Shown here piece after piece: positions 30,190-43,133 of a stretch of 64,000 nucleotides of DNA (its first letter is position 1; every line of letters begins with the position of its first letter). The translations under genes were made by a program, and so were the position numbers. Below the pieces are notes generated by a model. It was not told the origin of the DNA and searched no databases. It saw only the letters and a program-made list of their open reading frames with translations. The DNA comes from Chrysomallon squamiferum (lineage: Eukaryota > Animalia > Mollusca): positions 14,384,001 through 14,448,000 of the forward strand of contig CM022677.1 in NCBI GenBank assembly GCA_012295275.1, written 5' to 3'.

Positions 30190-30727
30190 TAAATGGATAT
30201 AGTGATGAATGAATGGTTAGCTAGACAGGTAATACGATTCAGCTATACCACAGGTTGATCAACAAACAGACAGATACATAGATAGAAAAATAGCCAGAGA
30301 AATTGATGATGAAATAAAACAAATATATAGATAGACAGATAGATAGATAGAAATATGCAGGTAGGTAAGGATGAGTAATTTGGACAGTGAAAGCCAGAGG
30401 GAAATATTTATATGTCATAACTTATTCTTAAGTACATACACTTCTGTCTATGCTCTGTTGGCCTGTCTGTCTATCTGTATATAGAAAGAGCTTTCAAAGT
30501 AATGACAGTGTATTCAAAATTAGAAAAAGTAGCAATACCCTATGTATCCATCTGTTCATCTATCTTCAGTAACTATATCTGTATGTAGGTATTTCTATTT
30601 GTCTATCATAATCTATCTATCTGTCTATCTAAAAAATAATGTTATTATATTAATGTACTAATTAGCCATTCCCGTTGGAAATGTTGCCACACATACACCA
30701 CGGTGTGGTTTAGTACATGAAGGGGAT

Positions 30728-31380
30728 GTTAGTAATGGTTAGTATTTGTTAAATGTTAGTATTTGGTTAATGGTTAGTATTTTGTTAATAGTTGTATTTG
30801 TTAAATGCTAGTATTTGCTTAATGGTTAGTATTTTCTTAATGGTTAGTATCTTTCTCTCTGTCTCTCGCCTTCTCTCACTCTCTATCTTTCTCTTATCTC
30901 TCTTTCTCTCTCTGTCTATCTCTGTCTCTCTGTGTGACTCTCTCAGTCTCTGTGTCTATCTCTCTCTGTCTGACTTGCTCTCTCTGTCTCTCTTTCCCAC
31001 TATCACTGTCTCTCTTTTTCTCTCTCTCTCTACAAAAATGAAAGACTCTGTCTCTCACACACACACACAAACTCTCTCTAAATCTCTCTGTCTCTCTCTG
31101 AATCTCTCTTTCTCCCTCTGTCTCTGTCTCTCTCAGAATCTCTCTTTCTCTCTCTGTCTCTATCTGTTCTGAGTCTCTCTTTTTCTCTCTGCTATATCTC
31201 TTTATCTCTCCATCTCTCTCTATCTCCCTATGTCCCTGCCTCTTTTTCTCTCTGTCTCTTTTTCTTTGTCTCTTTCTCCCATTTCTCAGTCCCTGAAATC
31301 TCTCTTTATGTTCATGAAAACTGTCTTTCTCTCTTTATTTCTGACTGTCTATGTGTCCCTGATCTCTTTTTCTCTCTGTC
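30728..31380. repeat. 18-bp repeat (ATGGTTAGTATTTGTTAA) followed by a CT-rich low-complexity tract
   Basis: Explains ORF 30792..31172; mirrored at 44260-45112 with more 18-bp units. Confidence 0.9.
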
Positions 31381-31539
31381 TTTATGACACTAAATAATAT
31401 ATGTCAATGTTTCTCTGTCTGTAAAATGGAATGTTTTTTAATAAATTTAAATTCTTATTTTTATTCTGAATAGTGTGAATGAATAAAAAATTAACCAACA
31501 GTTTTTAGTAATGAATCGATAATACATTTTTAAATTAAA

Positions 31540-32600
31540 TATTTTCATAAACTTTGATGAATCTTCTATTCAAACCAGAAATTGATTTCATATCAAGTAA
31601 TTCTGATAAAACCTTTTTAATGTAATAATTTCATTAACTCCATCCGAGAAAAGTATTCGTTTTCATATTAAAGGGAAGTAACTATTTGTGAATATATTCG
31701 CTGGTAACTATTATTAAGAACTATTTTATTCAATATAACAAATATTCATTTCTTTCTCCTTTTACCATCGGACAAAACTATACTGTAGAACACAATTCTT
31801 GCATTTTTAAGTTTCCACTATCCTTATCATATTTCAAAAACGGTCAGAGTTATATCAAAATATACATTTTCTTTTTGTAAATTTTAGATTTCAACAAATT
31901 AGATATTTTCAACATTGAATTATTATTATTAATATATAAAAAAGATGTTATATTAATATAACAAATAAAGAATACACTATAAATATTTCCATTTGATCTT
32001 TTGATAATTTTTAATCTAAAAATAGCATTCATTATTTAAAATGCTTTTTTAATGATTTAAATATTTCCATAAACTTTGATTCTTCTATTCAATATTTCCA
32101 CAAATTGATTTCATATCAAGTAATTCTGATAAAACCTTTTTTAATGTAAGAAAGGGGAGATAACTCCATCCGAGAAAGTATTCGTTTTCATATTAAAGGA
32201 AAATAACTCTATTTGTGAATATATTCGCTGGTATCTATTATTAAGAAATATTTTATTGTTTATTATATTTAATATAACAAATATTCATTTGTTTCTCCTT
32301 TTACCATCTGACAAAAGCATAATGAAGAAAATAATTCTTGTATTTTTAAGTTCTCACTATCCTTATCATATTTCAAGTTCAGAGTTATATCAAAATATAA
32401 ATTTTCTTTTTGTAAATTTTTGATTTCAACAAATTAGATATTTTCAACATTGAATTATTATTATTAATATAAAACAGATGTTATTTACCTTTTAGATATT
32501 GATATATTAATATAACAAAAAAAAGAATATCCTATAAATATTTCCATCTGATCTATAATTTTAATGTAAAAAGCATTCATTATTTAAAATGCTTATCAAA
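31540..32600. repeat. Tandem ~520-bp duplication (31540-32045 and 32060-32595), with a partial third copy at 33636-33770
   Basis: Shared text CATAAACTTTGAT..TTGATTTCATATCAAGTAATTCTGATAAAACC..CATCCGAGAAAGTATTCGTTTTCATATTAAAGG..GCATTCATTATTTAAAATGCTT. Confidence 0.9.
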
Positions 32601-32689
32601 CGATTAAGCAGTGTCCATTAATTAAATTCAATTAAATTATTGGATTCCATTGGTTGAAAATATACCTGAACATTAATCACAAGCGAATA

Positions 32690-33635
32690 TATTGATATTC
32701 TCTCCCTTTAACATGAAAAAGAATAACCTCTCGGATGGAGGTATCTCCCCTTTATTACATTTTTCTCTTGATTATTCAGGTTAAAACGAACATATTCCTA
32801 TATAGAGTTAAGTCCCCTTTTTGGATTTTCCTCCTTGATTATTCAGGTTAAAACGAACATATTCCTATATAGAGTTATGTCCCCTTTGTTAGATTTTCAT
32901 CCTTGATTATTCAGGTTAAAACGAACATATTCCTATATAGATTTATCTCCCTTTAACATGAAAACGAATATATTCCTATATAGAGTTATCTCCCCTTCGT
33001 TACATTTTTCTCTTGATTATTCAGGTTAAAACGAACATATTCCTATATAGAGTTATGTGCCCTTTGTTACATTTTTCTCTTGATTATTCAGGTTAAAACG
33101 AACATATTCCTATATAGATTTATCTCCCTTTAACATGAAAACGAATATATTCTCTATATAGAGTTATCTCCCCTTCGTTACATTTTTCTCTTGATTATTC
33201 AGGTTAAAACGAACATATTCCTATATAGATTTATCTCCCTTTAACATGAAAACGAATAACCTCTCGGATAGAGGTATCTCCCCGTTGTTACATTTTTCTC
33301 CTTGATTATTCAGGTTAAAACGAATATATTCCTATATAGATTTATCTCCCTTTAACATGAAAACGAATAACCTCTCGGATAGAGTTATCTCCCCTTTGTT
33401 ACATTTTTCTCTTGATTATTCAGGTTAAAACGAACATATTCCTATATAGAGTTATCTCCCTTTAACCTGAAAACAAATATTCTCTAGGATAGAGTTATTT
33501 CCCCTTTGTTAAATTTTTCTCCTTGATTATTCAGGTTAAAACGAACATATTCCTATATAGATTTATCTCCCCTTTGTTACATTTTTCTCTTGATTATTCA
33601 GGTTAAAACAGACATATTCCTATATAGAGTTATCT
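32690..33635. repeat. Two-subunit satellite (~62-bp and ~39-bp units) with a GAGTTATCTCCC core
   Basis: TTGATTATTCAGGTTAAAACGAACATATTCCTATATAGAGTTATCTCCCCTTTGTTACATTTTTCTC alternates with TTAACATGAAAACGAATA..AGAGTTATCTCCCC. Confidence 0.93.
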
Positions 33636-34982
33636 GATAAACCCTTTTATAATATAAGAAAGGGGAGATAACGTCATCCAAGAAAGTATTCGTTTTCATA
33701 TTAAAGGGAAATAACTATTTGTGAATATATTCGCTGGTAACTATTATTAAGACATTTTTTTTATTGAATATAGAAGATTGTAACAGCAGAACAATAATAA
33801 TAAAAAAATAGTTTAAGAAATAAAAATGCATGGCCCCTACCCCTGCCCTAGTACCCCACCCTCACAGCTTGTGAAGATCCTGAACCAAGTTCGAACTTTA
33901 ATGTTTCTTGTAAGCATGTTCATATGTGTGAGATCGTGGGATCGAATCTCAGCGTTTTTGGAGACATCAGCAGTACTTTCCGATTCCAGATTCATCTAGA
34001 GTGATATGTGCTCACAAACCTGGATTAGAGTTAGGTCCCTTACATGAGATGTAAATAAATTAAAAATTAGACTTATCTCCCTTTAGTGATATGTGTTCAC
34101 AAACATAGATTAGAGTTATGTCCCTTATGTGAGATGTACTCACTAAGCAAAGTGAAAATTGTATCGATTACAGTTATCTCCCTTACGTGAGATGTACTCA
34201 CTAAGCTTACGTACGCTAATTATCCATATGTGATAAATGGAATCTCGAAAAATGTCGGGGTAGGGCGGGAGGGCTTGTGTTCAACTCACCTTTTCTGTCC
34301 GGGACCCTAAGCTCACCCGTTTTTATCCTATCCACCCACACACCGACTGTCTGTCCTGCATATGGATGGAGCTACTGATAAACAGGCTGAAGTTTGTACA
34401 AGCACTAGGGGCTTTTAAGATTAAACTGGTAATTAAATATTTAAAAAAGTAATATTGTTTTTGTTTACCGACTGAAAATATAGAAACTTATCTAGTGATC
34501 ATATATTGCAGTTACTGATAGTGACTTCAGGATATATCTGATCTATCTGTCTATCCGTGCATACACATACATACACATGCACGCATGCACTTGCACACTG
34601 TCTGATAGAGGTAAACCTCTGAAAATCGACTGAATATTGACGAGTATAAATAAAATATATATGAATCCATGTGTGTTTACATTGGTGTGTGTTGGTGCAC
34701 ACATTTGCATACAAAAACACACATACACACACAAACACATAAATTAACCTATGCATTTCTTTATTTATTTTTTTATTTTTTATTTGTTTTTCATCCATTT
34801 TCCAATCCAGTGCCTCCTGCAAGCATTATTAGAGATTTAAAAATTAATTTTCTAATATGATTTTAAATTATTACATATATTTATCTTAACAAACAATTTA
34901 TATTTGTTAAACAGTTTGAGGTATAAATAATTTTTATCAATATTGTGCCTTATGACATGATCAGTATAACATTAATTCATAG

Positions 34983-35890
34983 ATAATTTTGCATATCTGA
35001 TCAATAACCTGTCTCAAAGACATTAATATATCTTGGAATTGGATCCTCACCAACTCATGTATTGACAGCAGCAGACTATTCTGTACTGGCAGAACAACTG
35101 AAACACTCACTAAGCTTTGTGCAGGCAAGTTAATCTGACATTCAACTTACATGAAAGCAAATCATTTTAGTACTAGATTTCAAGTACAATTAAAAAGTAT
35201 TTGTCATTTTAAATTAATTAATTAATTAATTAATTAATTAATTAATTTATTATATATTTATTTATTTAATTTCACACTTACAGATGGTGGTTTCTGGTCT
35301 GCATGGTCACTTCAGAGACTGGGTAGTTGTAGTGAAACATGTGGTAGAGGCACTAGAATAACATTTGAGATAAGAGCATGAACAAATTCTGCACCTAAGA
35401 ATGGAGGCAGAGACTGAGGAACAGATGACAGTAATATTCAAGAAGCATGTGAAACAAATGTCTTATGTGGAGGTAACAAGCAATAATTAAATCAAATATA
35501 TGTAATTTTCCTGTTCAACAAATTATGTAGGTGGGCATGTTATTTCCTGTGAGGCATTTATGCATCTGTTCTAAGATGACAATAAATAACAATCTCTATA
35601 TTGTGAGTAAAGCTGTTGTCACTAAATAATCTGAGGAATAAAATTACTTCTCTGCCTAAGAAGTGAAGAATGACTCAAATAATAAAATATTTATTTAATG
35701 ATTTCTCTAAAATTCAGTTGTTAATGATTTGGTGGAACTTTAAGGCCAATGAATTACATTAAACAGCACATTTCTAAAGTTATAATGTATATTTGTTATT
35801 CCATTTATACAAAACAATTTTTTTTTAGTGCTTATGTTTATGGTGCCTGGTCTGCAACATGTGGATCTGCTACACAGACTGGTATAAGGT
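34983..35890 (+). pseudogene. Thrombospondin type-1 (TSP1) repeat pseudogene exons
   Basis: Exon ~35284-35472 (TTACAG|ATGG..GGAG|GTAAC) reads DGGFWSAWSLQRLGSCSETCGRGTRITFEIRA*TNSAPKNGGRD*GTDDSNIQEACETNVLCG, a TSP1 consensus with two Cys positions now TGA. Exon ~35829 reads AYVYGAWSATCGSATQTG. A Cys-containing exon lies at ~34983-35125. Confidence 0.85.
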
Positions 35891-36149
35891 TATTTAACAA
35901 TCTAGCTGATTATCCATGCCTGATATATGTATAACATTATGGTATATGTTTGTTTGTTTTGGGGGGGGGTTGTGGAAAGATGTATATTAGAAAAATATTT
36001 TTAGTTGTTTGTTTAAAAGGGTGCCACTTCATATTTCATGTTTCTTTTTCATTATCTCTGTAGTTAGTTCCCTTTTAAGATATTAAAAATAGTAACAAAA
36101 ACACATGCTGTGTATGTTCTTAAATAAAATATGTTTTCTTTATTTTAGA

Positions 36150-37735
36150 TTTGGTCTGTTTTAGCAATTAGTGACCAGCTTGAAGTAAGTCTTTATTAAA
36201 TCAACAAATATAATGTACTTTACCAGACCAGTTGATTTAATATTTTGTTAAGATGCTATAAAGCATCTTTTTACAATGTAAATATACTGTCCTAGTTATC
36301 AATATTTTATTTAATTCCTTTACAGGTCTTTCCTTTACTAATACAGAAACTTTTCTTGCTACTTAACTTTCAGCCTGAAGAACATCTCATCAGACTGATG
36401 AACAAGATCATCAAAACATGGATTCTAGACCTTAACAATGTGAAAGGGTAATAACTTAATGAATAAAAAAACACATAAAAACACACACATTACACTCTTA
36501 TGTTATAATTAAACAATTAACAGATATTTTGAATTTATTTCAATATTTTATTTACAGAATTTACAACAATTTCAATAATGTAAAATGCTACTTGCACTAT
36601 ATTTTATGTTTTTTTTATTAATGAATATTATATTTTGTTGTAGGATCCTAGACAACAGATTCAAGCTGCCTTAGCCAGCACTTCAGTTGAAAATGTTGTA
36701 AGACCCATTTTTTTAATTTTGTTATCCTGCTCATTTTATTTGAAGAATAAGAATTATTTTTGTTATTATTATTGTATGTTTGTGTGTAATTATTTTATTA
36801 TTATAATTTTAATTTAAATTTTGATTTACTAATTAATTAATTAATTTATTAATTTATAGTATTAATATTTTCAATCTTAACTGCATCTTCATCGTTCTAG
36901 TTATTTTTCTACATTCTAATAATTCAAATTCGTTTATTTTATTAATTATTTATTATTATTATTATTGTTATTATTATTTTTTTACAAGCTAGTTACAATT
37001 CTTTTTATTATTATATTTCTTCTTCATGTTTCTTGTTATACATATATACATATATATTTATATATTTTTCCTCTTTTGTTATTTCCACAGAGCTGACATG
37101 GGTTTCAAATCATCAAAAATGAAACGGCAGTCAGCACCAACAACACCAGTACCACCATTAGACCCGAGACAAACTGAAATCAACACACCAACCACTAAAA
37201 ACTCAAACTCCTGTGCCAAGAAACATCCAGACACACTAGAAAAGAAACCAGAAACACCACCACCCATACCCAGTGGTTTTTCAGTAAAAAATAATGTCTA
37301 AGAAAGAAAGTGAACAAACTGCTGAAACAATTCTGACAAAAGAAAAGAAATTAGTTTCAAAACTTTCTTTCTGTAAGGGTGACAGCATGGAAGATGTGCA
37401 TCCACACATGCAGAAAAAGTTTGATCATGTCTGATCTTCTTGTGAAACTGGAGTTTTTGTTGAAAGCAGCCAGACCAAGACAAGCTTTACAAGCTTTACA
37501 ACTCAATCACTTAGTCAGATTTTAAAATGTTTAAAAAATATTCAGGTAATTATGTCTGTAAATATGTCTTAGTCTATCTGTCTGTCTCTCTTTCTGTCTG
37601 CCTCACTATTTATTTATTTTATTTCTATCTCTCTCTGCTTTTCTATTTGTCTTTCCTTAAAAATGTGTTCTAACACAACAGTGATCTTCCTTAGCCTCAC
37701 CACCAACAAAACAGACACTGAGAGTGCTGTGAGTA
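36150..37735 (+). pseudogene. Further decayed exons of unknown family, including a Pro/Thr/Lys-rich exon at ~37091-37545
   Basis: AG/GT-bounded blocks at ~36150-36184, ~36326-36448, ~36643-36696 and ~37091-37545 (SAPTTPVPPLDP..KPETPPPIP). Frames are interrupted. Confidence 0.4.
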
Positions 37736-37764
37736 ATCTTAATTATAACTGTTATAAAATGTTT

Positions 37765-38231
37765 TAGAATAATAATAATAATAATAATAATAATTAATAA
37801 TAGTACTAATAATAATAGTAATAATAATAATAATAATAAAAAACCAATAACAAGAAATTATTTTTATATTTATATGTGTATAACTGTGAAAAACATATAC
37901 TTATTTTCTCTTCTTCTTCATTTTCTACTTCTTCTTCATCATCTTCTTCTTCTTATTATTATTATTACTGTTGTCATTATTATTATTATTATTGTTATTG
38001 TTATTGTTATTATTATTAATAGTATTCTCCAGTAGTATCAGTTAACTACTAATATTGCTACTTCTGCTCCTACCACTGTTATTCTGTTACTGAAACAAAT
38101 AGTTACTGACAGTGACTTTCAACACACTAAAGCTATTACCAATAACTATTATATATCTGTTACTGCTATTTCTACTGTTGTTACTTATACTATATATGTT
38201 AATTATATTATTTTTACTACCATTATTACAT

Positions 38232-38268
<37 letters not shown>

Positions 38269-38835
38269 AACTGAGATGGCTCCAGTTATTTACTACCTCT
38301 TCTTGTTGTATTTACTACTACTATACAACCTAAGCTAATTCTACTACAGTTACAACTAGTACTAATACTACAACTATTACCATATTACTACTACTAGTAC
38401 TGTTAATACTAAAACTATTACTACTTCTAGTATTGTTACCACTAATAGCACAACTACAAATTCTGCTGCCACTGTTACTACTACTACAACAACTACTACT
38501 ACTACAACTACTATTACTACTACAGCTGCTACTACTGCTACCACTGCTGTTGTTACTAATGTTACTAATACTAAACCTACTACAACTACTGCTGTGTCAA
38601 CTACTACCACCCACAGTACCACTGTTACTACTAGTTCTATTGCTAGTATTACTACAACTACTACTACAGCTGTTGATATTATTACTATTGTTAAAACATG
38701 ATGATGTCTTCTACTAACTACATTTTAATAATAACAAATACATTATTTTCTGCTTATGTAGATTCTACATATTGTAAATTACTATTATTATTATTATTAT
38801 TATTATTACTATTATTATTTGTTATTATTTGTTTT
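37765..38835. repeat. Cryptic trinucleotide (AAT/ACT/TAT)n tract
   Basis: Low-complexity triplets; produce the poly-L/V/T ORFs. Confidence 0.85.
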
Positions 38836-39059
38836 AATGACCAGCTGGGATCACTAAATCATGTACTCAGTTTTTGTCTGCTGTTTTCAATCATCTTTTC
38901 ATCTGAATAATGCAAAAGTTAACAACCAAACACTTACTGTTGATGGTTAATTTAGATTTGTTTATTATTATATGATATTAATCTCTCTCTCTGTATATAT
39001 ATATAAATCTTACATACACACACTTGTACTTCATTTTCAAAACTGCTTGTTTCCTTTTT

Positions 39060-39060
<1 letters not shown>

Positions 39061-39137
<77 letters not shown>
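39061..39137. repeat. (CT)n microsatellite
   Basis: Perfect run. Confidence 0.98.
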
Positions 39138-39140
<3 letters not shown>

Positions 39141-39469
39141 ACTCCTGCACATACTTTCTCTCATTATATTTTTGTTTTCTATTTTTTTCTTTATCCATAA
39201 TTATCAACCTCATTCTACTTAACACTCTCTCTTTCTTTCTCATTCATTCTTTGTCATTCTATTGGTGTCTGTGTCTGGCATCTCAGTGTATTTGTCATCT
39301 GTTGTTGGTATTTAGGGTTATTTGGTGTTTGTTTCTGAGTTTCTGTCTGTCTGTGTATGCGTGTCTCTGTAAATGTACTTGCTAGCTTTTTCTCTGTGTG
39401 TTTCAGTAACTGTTGTGGTATGTTTATGAAAGATGAATGATTTTTTTGATTTTTTCATTTTTAATCAAG

Positions 39470-40062
39470 ATGAATCAAATCAAAGTTCTGTTGAAAGGCT
39501 CACGTATGGCATGAATGAAGCTGATGGACTCACAAAGAAACTGTCCACAGAGAAATTTGAAATATGTCAGTTTAAGAAAAGCAGAACTAAACTCTAGTAC
39601 TTTTGGACAATTGCCTTTGTTGACTCAGCAAGCAACCATTAACTTAGATGGGTTAAGAACAGCTGGCACAGATGCAGTGAAAGCCATTTGTGGTCAGTAG
39701 TAGCCAGTTGATTCTTTAAAAGTAACCATTACTGATTTTAATTTTGGAAATGTTTTTAACTAATTAATGTAATTTGATTATTTCTGCATTAAGAATATAA
39801 ATATACACACACACAGATAACCATTAATTTCCATATAATATAAATTCAGTTTATAAACCAAGTTTCTTGATTAATCTAATTTTAGAAACTATACCAGTCA
39901 TGTGACACCTTTAAGTGTTGGCTGATGCAGGCCTTGACCCTGTCTGTCAAGCAATCAGAAATCCTGCTCACATGCTAGAGCTTAGTTAATAACTCAGTTT
40001 GCGGAGTCCATGTTGAAACATAAGAAACGTCCACTCAGTGTTCTTGATTTATCTGATATTCG
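39470..40062 (+). pseudogene. Two decayed exons; the second is possibly an RNI-type leucine-rich repeat
   Basis: Exon 39886-40061 (TTTAG|..CG|GTATGT) contains LADAGLDPVCQAIRNPAHMLELS* and, in another frame, FAESMLKHKKRPLSVLDLSDI. This resembles ribonuclease-inhibitor-type LRR (LGDAGLxxLCxxLxxP; LxxLDLS). Confidence 0.35.
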
Positions 40063-40239
40063 GTATGTTGTTTCTACTTATCATAGTTACAACTAATCTT
40101 CTCTTTTTTGTGGTTCATTATCTGTTCTTGTTTGTTTCTGGTATATGATTTTTATATTATTATAATTATGTAAAGAATACTTTCTTAGATATTATTTTAA
40201 TTCTGGAGAGAAATCTGACAATATTATTTCCAGATATAT

Positions 40240-40290
40240 GTGTGAGTGAGTGTTTATCAGCAATAGTGATAATTACTACTACTCAGATAA

Positions 40291-40339
<49 letters not shown>

Positions 40340-41333
40340 TGACTGTATGTATCAGCAATAGTGAAAATTGCTACTCAGGTAATGTGTCTGAGTGAGTGTA
40401 TCAGCAATAGTGATAATTGCTACTACTTGGATAAGTGTGTGTCTGTGTGTGTGAGAGTGAGTGAGTGTTTGTATCAGCAAAAGTGAAAATTGCTACACAG
40501 GTACTAGTGTGTCTATGAGTGAGTGTATGAGTAATAGTGATAATTGCTACTATTCAGATAGTGTGTGTGTCAGTGAGTGGGTGTGTATATCAGCAATAGT
40601 GAAAATTGTTACTATTCAGATAGTAGTGTGTTTGTGAGTGAGTGTGTGTGAGTGACTGGGTGTATGAACAATAGTGAAAATTGCTACTCAGGTAATAGTG
40701 TATGTGTGAGTGAGTGTGTATGTATCAGCAATAGTGATAATTGCTACTACTCAGATAATACTGTGTGTGTGTGTGTGTGTGTGTGTAGGGGTGAGTGAGT
40801 GTGTGTGTATCAGCAATAGTGGTAATCGCTACTACTCAGATAACAGTGTGTGTGAGTGTATCAGCAATACTGATAATTTCTACTGAGATAGTGTGTATGT
40901 GTGTGTGTAAGTGAGTGTGAGTGTGTCAGCAATAGTGTTAACCGCTACGACTCAGATAATAGTGTGTGTGTGTGTGTGTGCATGAGTGAATGAGTGATCA
41001 TTGCTTCTCAGGTAATGGTACTGTGTGTGAGTGAGTTTTGTGTATCATGAATAGTGATGATTGCTACTCAGATAATCTGTGAATGTATGTGAGTGTGTGA
41101 TTGACTGAGTGTTTGTTTATCAGCAGTAGTTAAATTGCTACTGCTCCGATAATAGTTTGTATTTGTGTGAATGAGGGAGTGTATATATATCAGCAGTAAT
41201 AGTGGGTGTTTCTGAGTGTATCAGCAATAATGATACTTGCTACTGAGATAATTTGTGAGTGTGTATGTGTGAGTCGGTGAGTCTCTGTGTGTATATCAGC
41301 AATAGTACTCAGATATTTGTGTGTATGTGTGTG
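40240..41333. repeat. ~60-70-bp minisatellite with variable (GT)n spacers (TATCAGCAATAGTGATAATTGCTACTACTCAGATAATAG)
   Basis: More than 15 degenerate units; the array resumes at 43060-43133 and runs up to the gap. Confidence 0.92.
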
Positions 41334-42967
41334 GTGTCGTCCCATATTGTCAAAATTAATACAGAAATAACAACCTGACCCTACCTTGCTGCTGAATGGA
41401 TTAGCCCAATGCTGTAAATGTATTATTTGTTTTGTGTCTTGTTTGATCTTTTATTTCTTGAAAATTTGTTAATTCTTCTTTGTTTCACAAATTGATTTGT
41501 TTAACCTATTAATCCAATCTTCTCTGTCAGTTACAAACAGTCAAATCTTGTGCTATCTTTTCAGGAAAATTGGTTAATCTTCCTTTGTTTTACATAGTTT
41601 TCTTTAGACTATTGGCTTGTTTAACATTTTCAATTGCATCCCATGACATTCTCCTCTTGACATTCTCCCTTTTGTGTTTGCGTCGTTGCCAGGTTCCATT
41701 CAAGGCTCAACAGATCTCTACCCCACCAGCACCCAACATCTACAAGTTTGTAGACCTCATCCAAGGAATTGAGAAGGCAGAGCAGGCCAAAAGGATTCAG
41801 ATCCAGTTTGGAGGTGCAGCTCCGGCTCAAGAGACAGTTGTAGGCTGGAGACAAGACACTTCTCCAGTACCTCGATGCAGTTGCGCACCTCGTCAAACTT
41901 GAACTTCGTAACTCAGTTGATTACAGTATCCCTGAATATAGTGCTTGAACTTTGAATAATACTATCCCTGAATATAGTGTTTGAACTTTGAATAATACTA
42001 TCCCTGAATATAGTGTTTGAACTTTGAATAATACTATCCCTGAATATAGTGTTTGAACTTTGAATAATACTATCCCTGAATATAGTGTTTGAACTTTGAA
42101 TAATACTATCTCTGAACATAGTACTTGAACTTTGAATAATACTATTCCTGAATATAGTGCTTGAACTTTGAATAATACTATCCCTGAATATAGTGCTTGA
42201 ACTTTGAATAATACTATCTCTGAACATAGTGCTTGAACTTTGAATAATACTATCCCTGAATATAGTGTTGAACTTTGAATAATACTATTCCTGAATATAG
42301 TGCTTGAACTTTGAATAATACTGTCCCTGAATATAGTGCTTGAACTTTGAATAATACTATCCCTGAACATAGTGCTTGAATTTTGAATAATACTATCCCT
42401 GAATATAGTGGGCTTGAATTTTGAATAATACTATCCCTGAATATAGTGGGCTTGAATTTTGAATAATACTATCTCTGAACATAGTACTTGAACTCTGAAT
42501 AATACTATCTCTGACTATAGCTTGAACTTTGAATAATACTATCTCTGAATATAGTACTTGAACTCTGAATAATACTATCTCTGAACATAGTACTTGAACT
42601 CTGAATAATACTATCTCTGAACATAGTACTTGAACTCTGAATAATACTATCTCTGAATATAGTGCTTGAACTCTGAATAATACTATCTCTGAACATAGTG
42701 CTTGAACTTTGAATAATACTATCTCTGAACATAGTGCTTGAACTTTGAATAATACTATCTCTGAATACAGTGCTTGAACTCTGAATAATACTATCTCTGA
42801 ACATAGTACTTGAACTCTGAATAATACTATCTCTGAACATAGTGCTTGAACTTTGAATAATACTATCTCTGAACATAGTGCTTGAATGTGCTTGATAGTG
42901 CACAAATTCAACTTGTTTTGTTTTCCTGTGTGGCTGGTACATGGGATTTGACAGGATGGGATGACAC
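41334..42967 (+). mobile_element. MULE/Mutator-type relic inserted in the minisatellite; transposase C-terminal fragment at ~41690-41910
   Basis: Imperfect 21-bp inverted ends GTGTCGTCCCATATTGTCAAA (41334-41354) and TTTGACAGGATGGGATGACAC (42947-42967), 18/21 match. Frames join to FHSRLNRSLPHQHPNIYKFVDLIQGIE..IQFGGAAP and GDKTLLQYLDAVAHLV, matching the MULE tail EGWHxRLN..HPNIYxFxxxI..LxYLxAVAH. Confidence 0.75.
41925..42887. repeat. 36-bp minisatellite, about 26-27 copies (ATCYCTGAAYATAGTGCTTGAACTYTGAATAATACT)
   Basis: Highly regular head-to-tail units with no spacers; 12-aa periodic ORFs. Confidence 0.97.
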
Positions 42968-43133
42968 TCAACCCTTTGTCAACTAGTCCATTGTCTTATT
43001 TGAGTACCGTGAATGGGATTAGTGATTTATTTATGACTTCCACAAGATGGATAGAACCATGTGTGTGTGTGTGAGTGAATGTGTGTATCAGCAATAGTAA
43101 TAATTTCTACTCTGATAATAGGGTGGCTGTGTG

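Noticed and set aside
30670-30730. Helitron 3' hairpin explaining the gene capture
   Set aside because: Only a 6-7-bp stem that differs between arms, no CTRR end, and no Rep/helicase in the window.
30728-30850. Telomere-like TTAG repeats
   Set aside because: An 18-bp unit (TGGTTAGTATTT...), not TTAGGG or TTAGG arrays.
33905-33960. tRNA or tRNA-derived SINE (GGGATCGAATCTC, B-box-like)
   Set aside because: No convincing A box or cloverleaf.
38340-38700. Thr-rich mucin-like exon
   Set aside because: No clear start or splice boundaries; the same kind of triplet tract occurs inside an EGFR intron at 11915-12120.
40240-41333. Conserved repeat with variable spacers as CRISPR-like
   Set aside because: The spacers are (GT)n/(GAGT)n microsatellite and the repeats are degenerate.
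41925-42887. 36-bp periodic array as a CRISPR array
   Set aside because: Units are head-to-tail with no unique spacers, there are no cas genes, and the context is eukaryotic.
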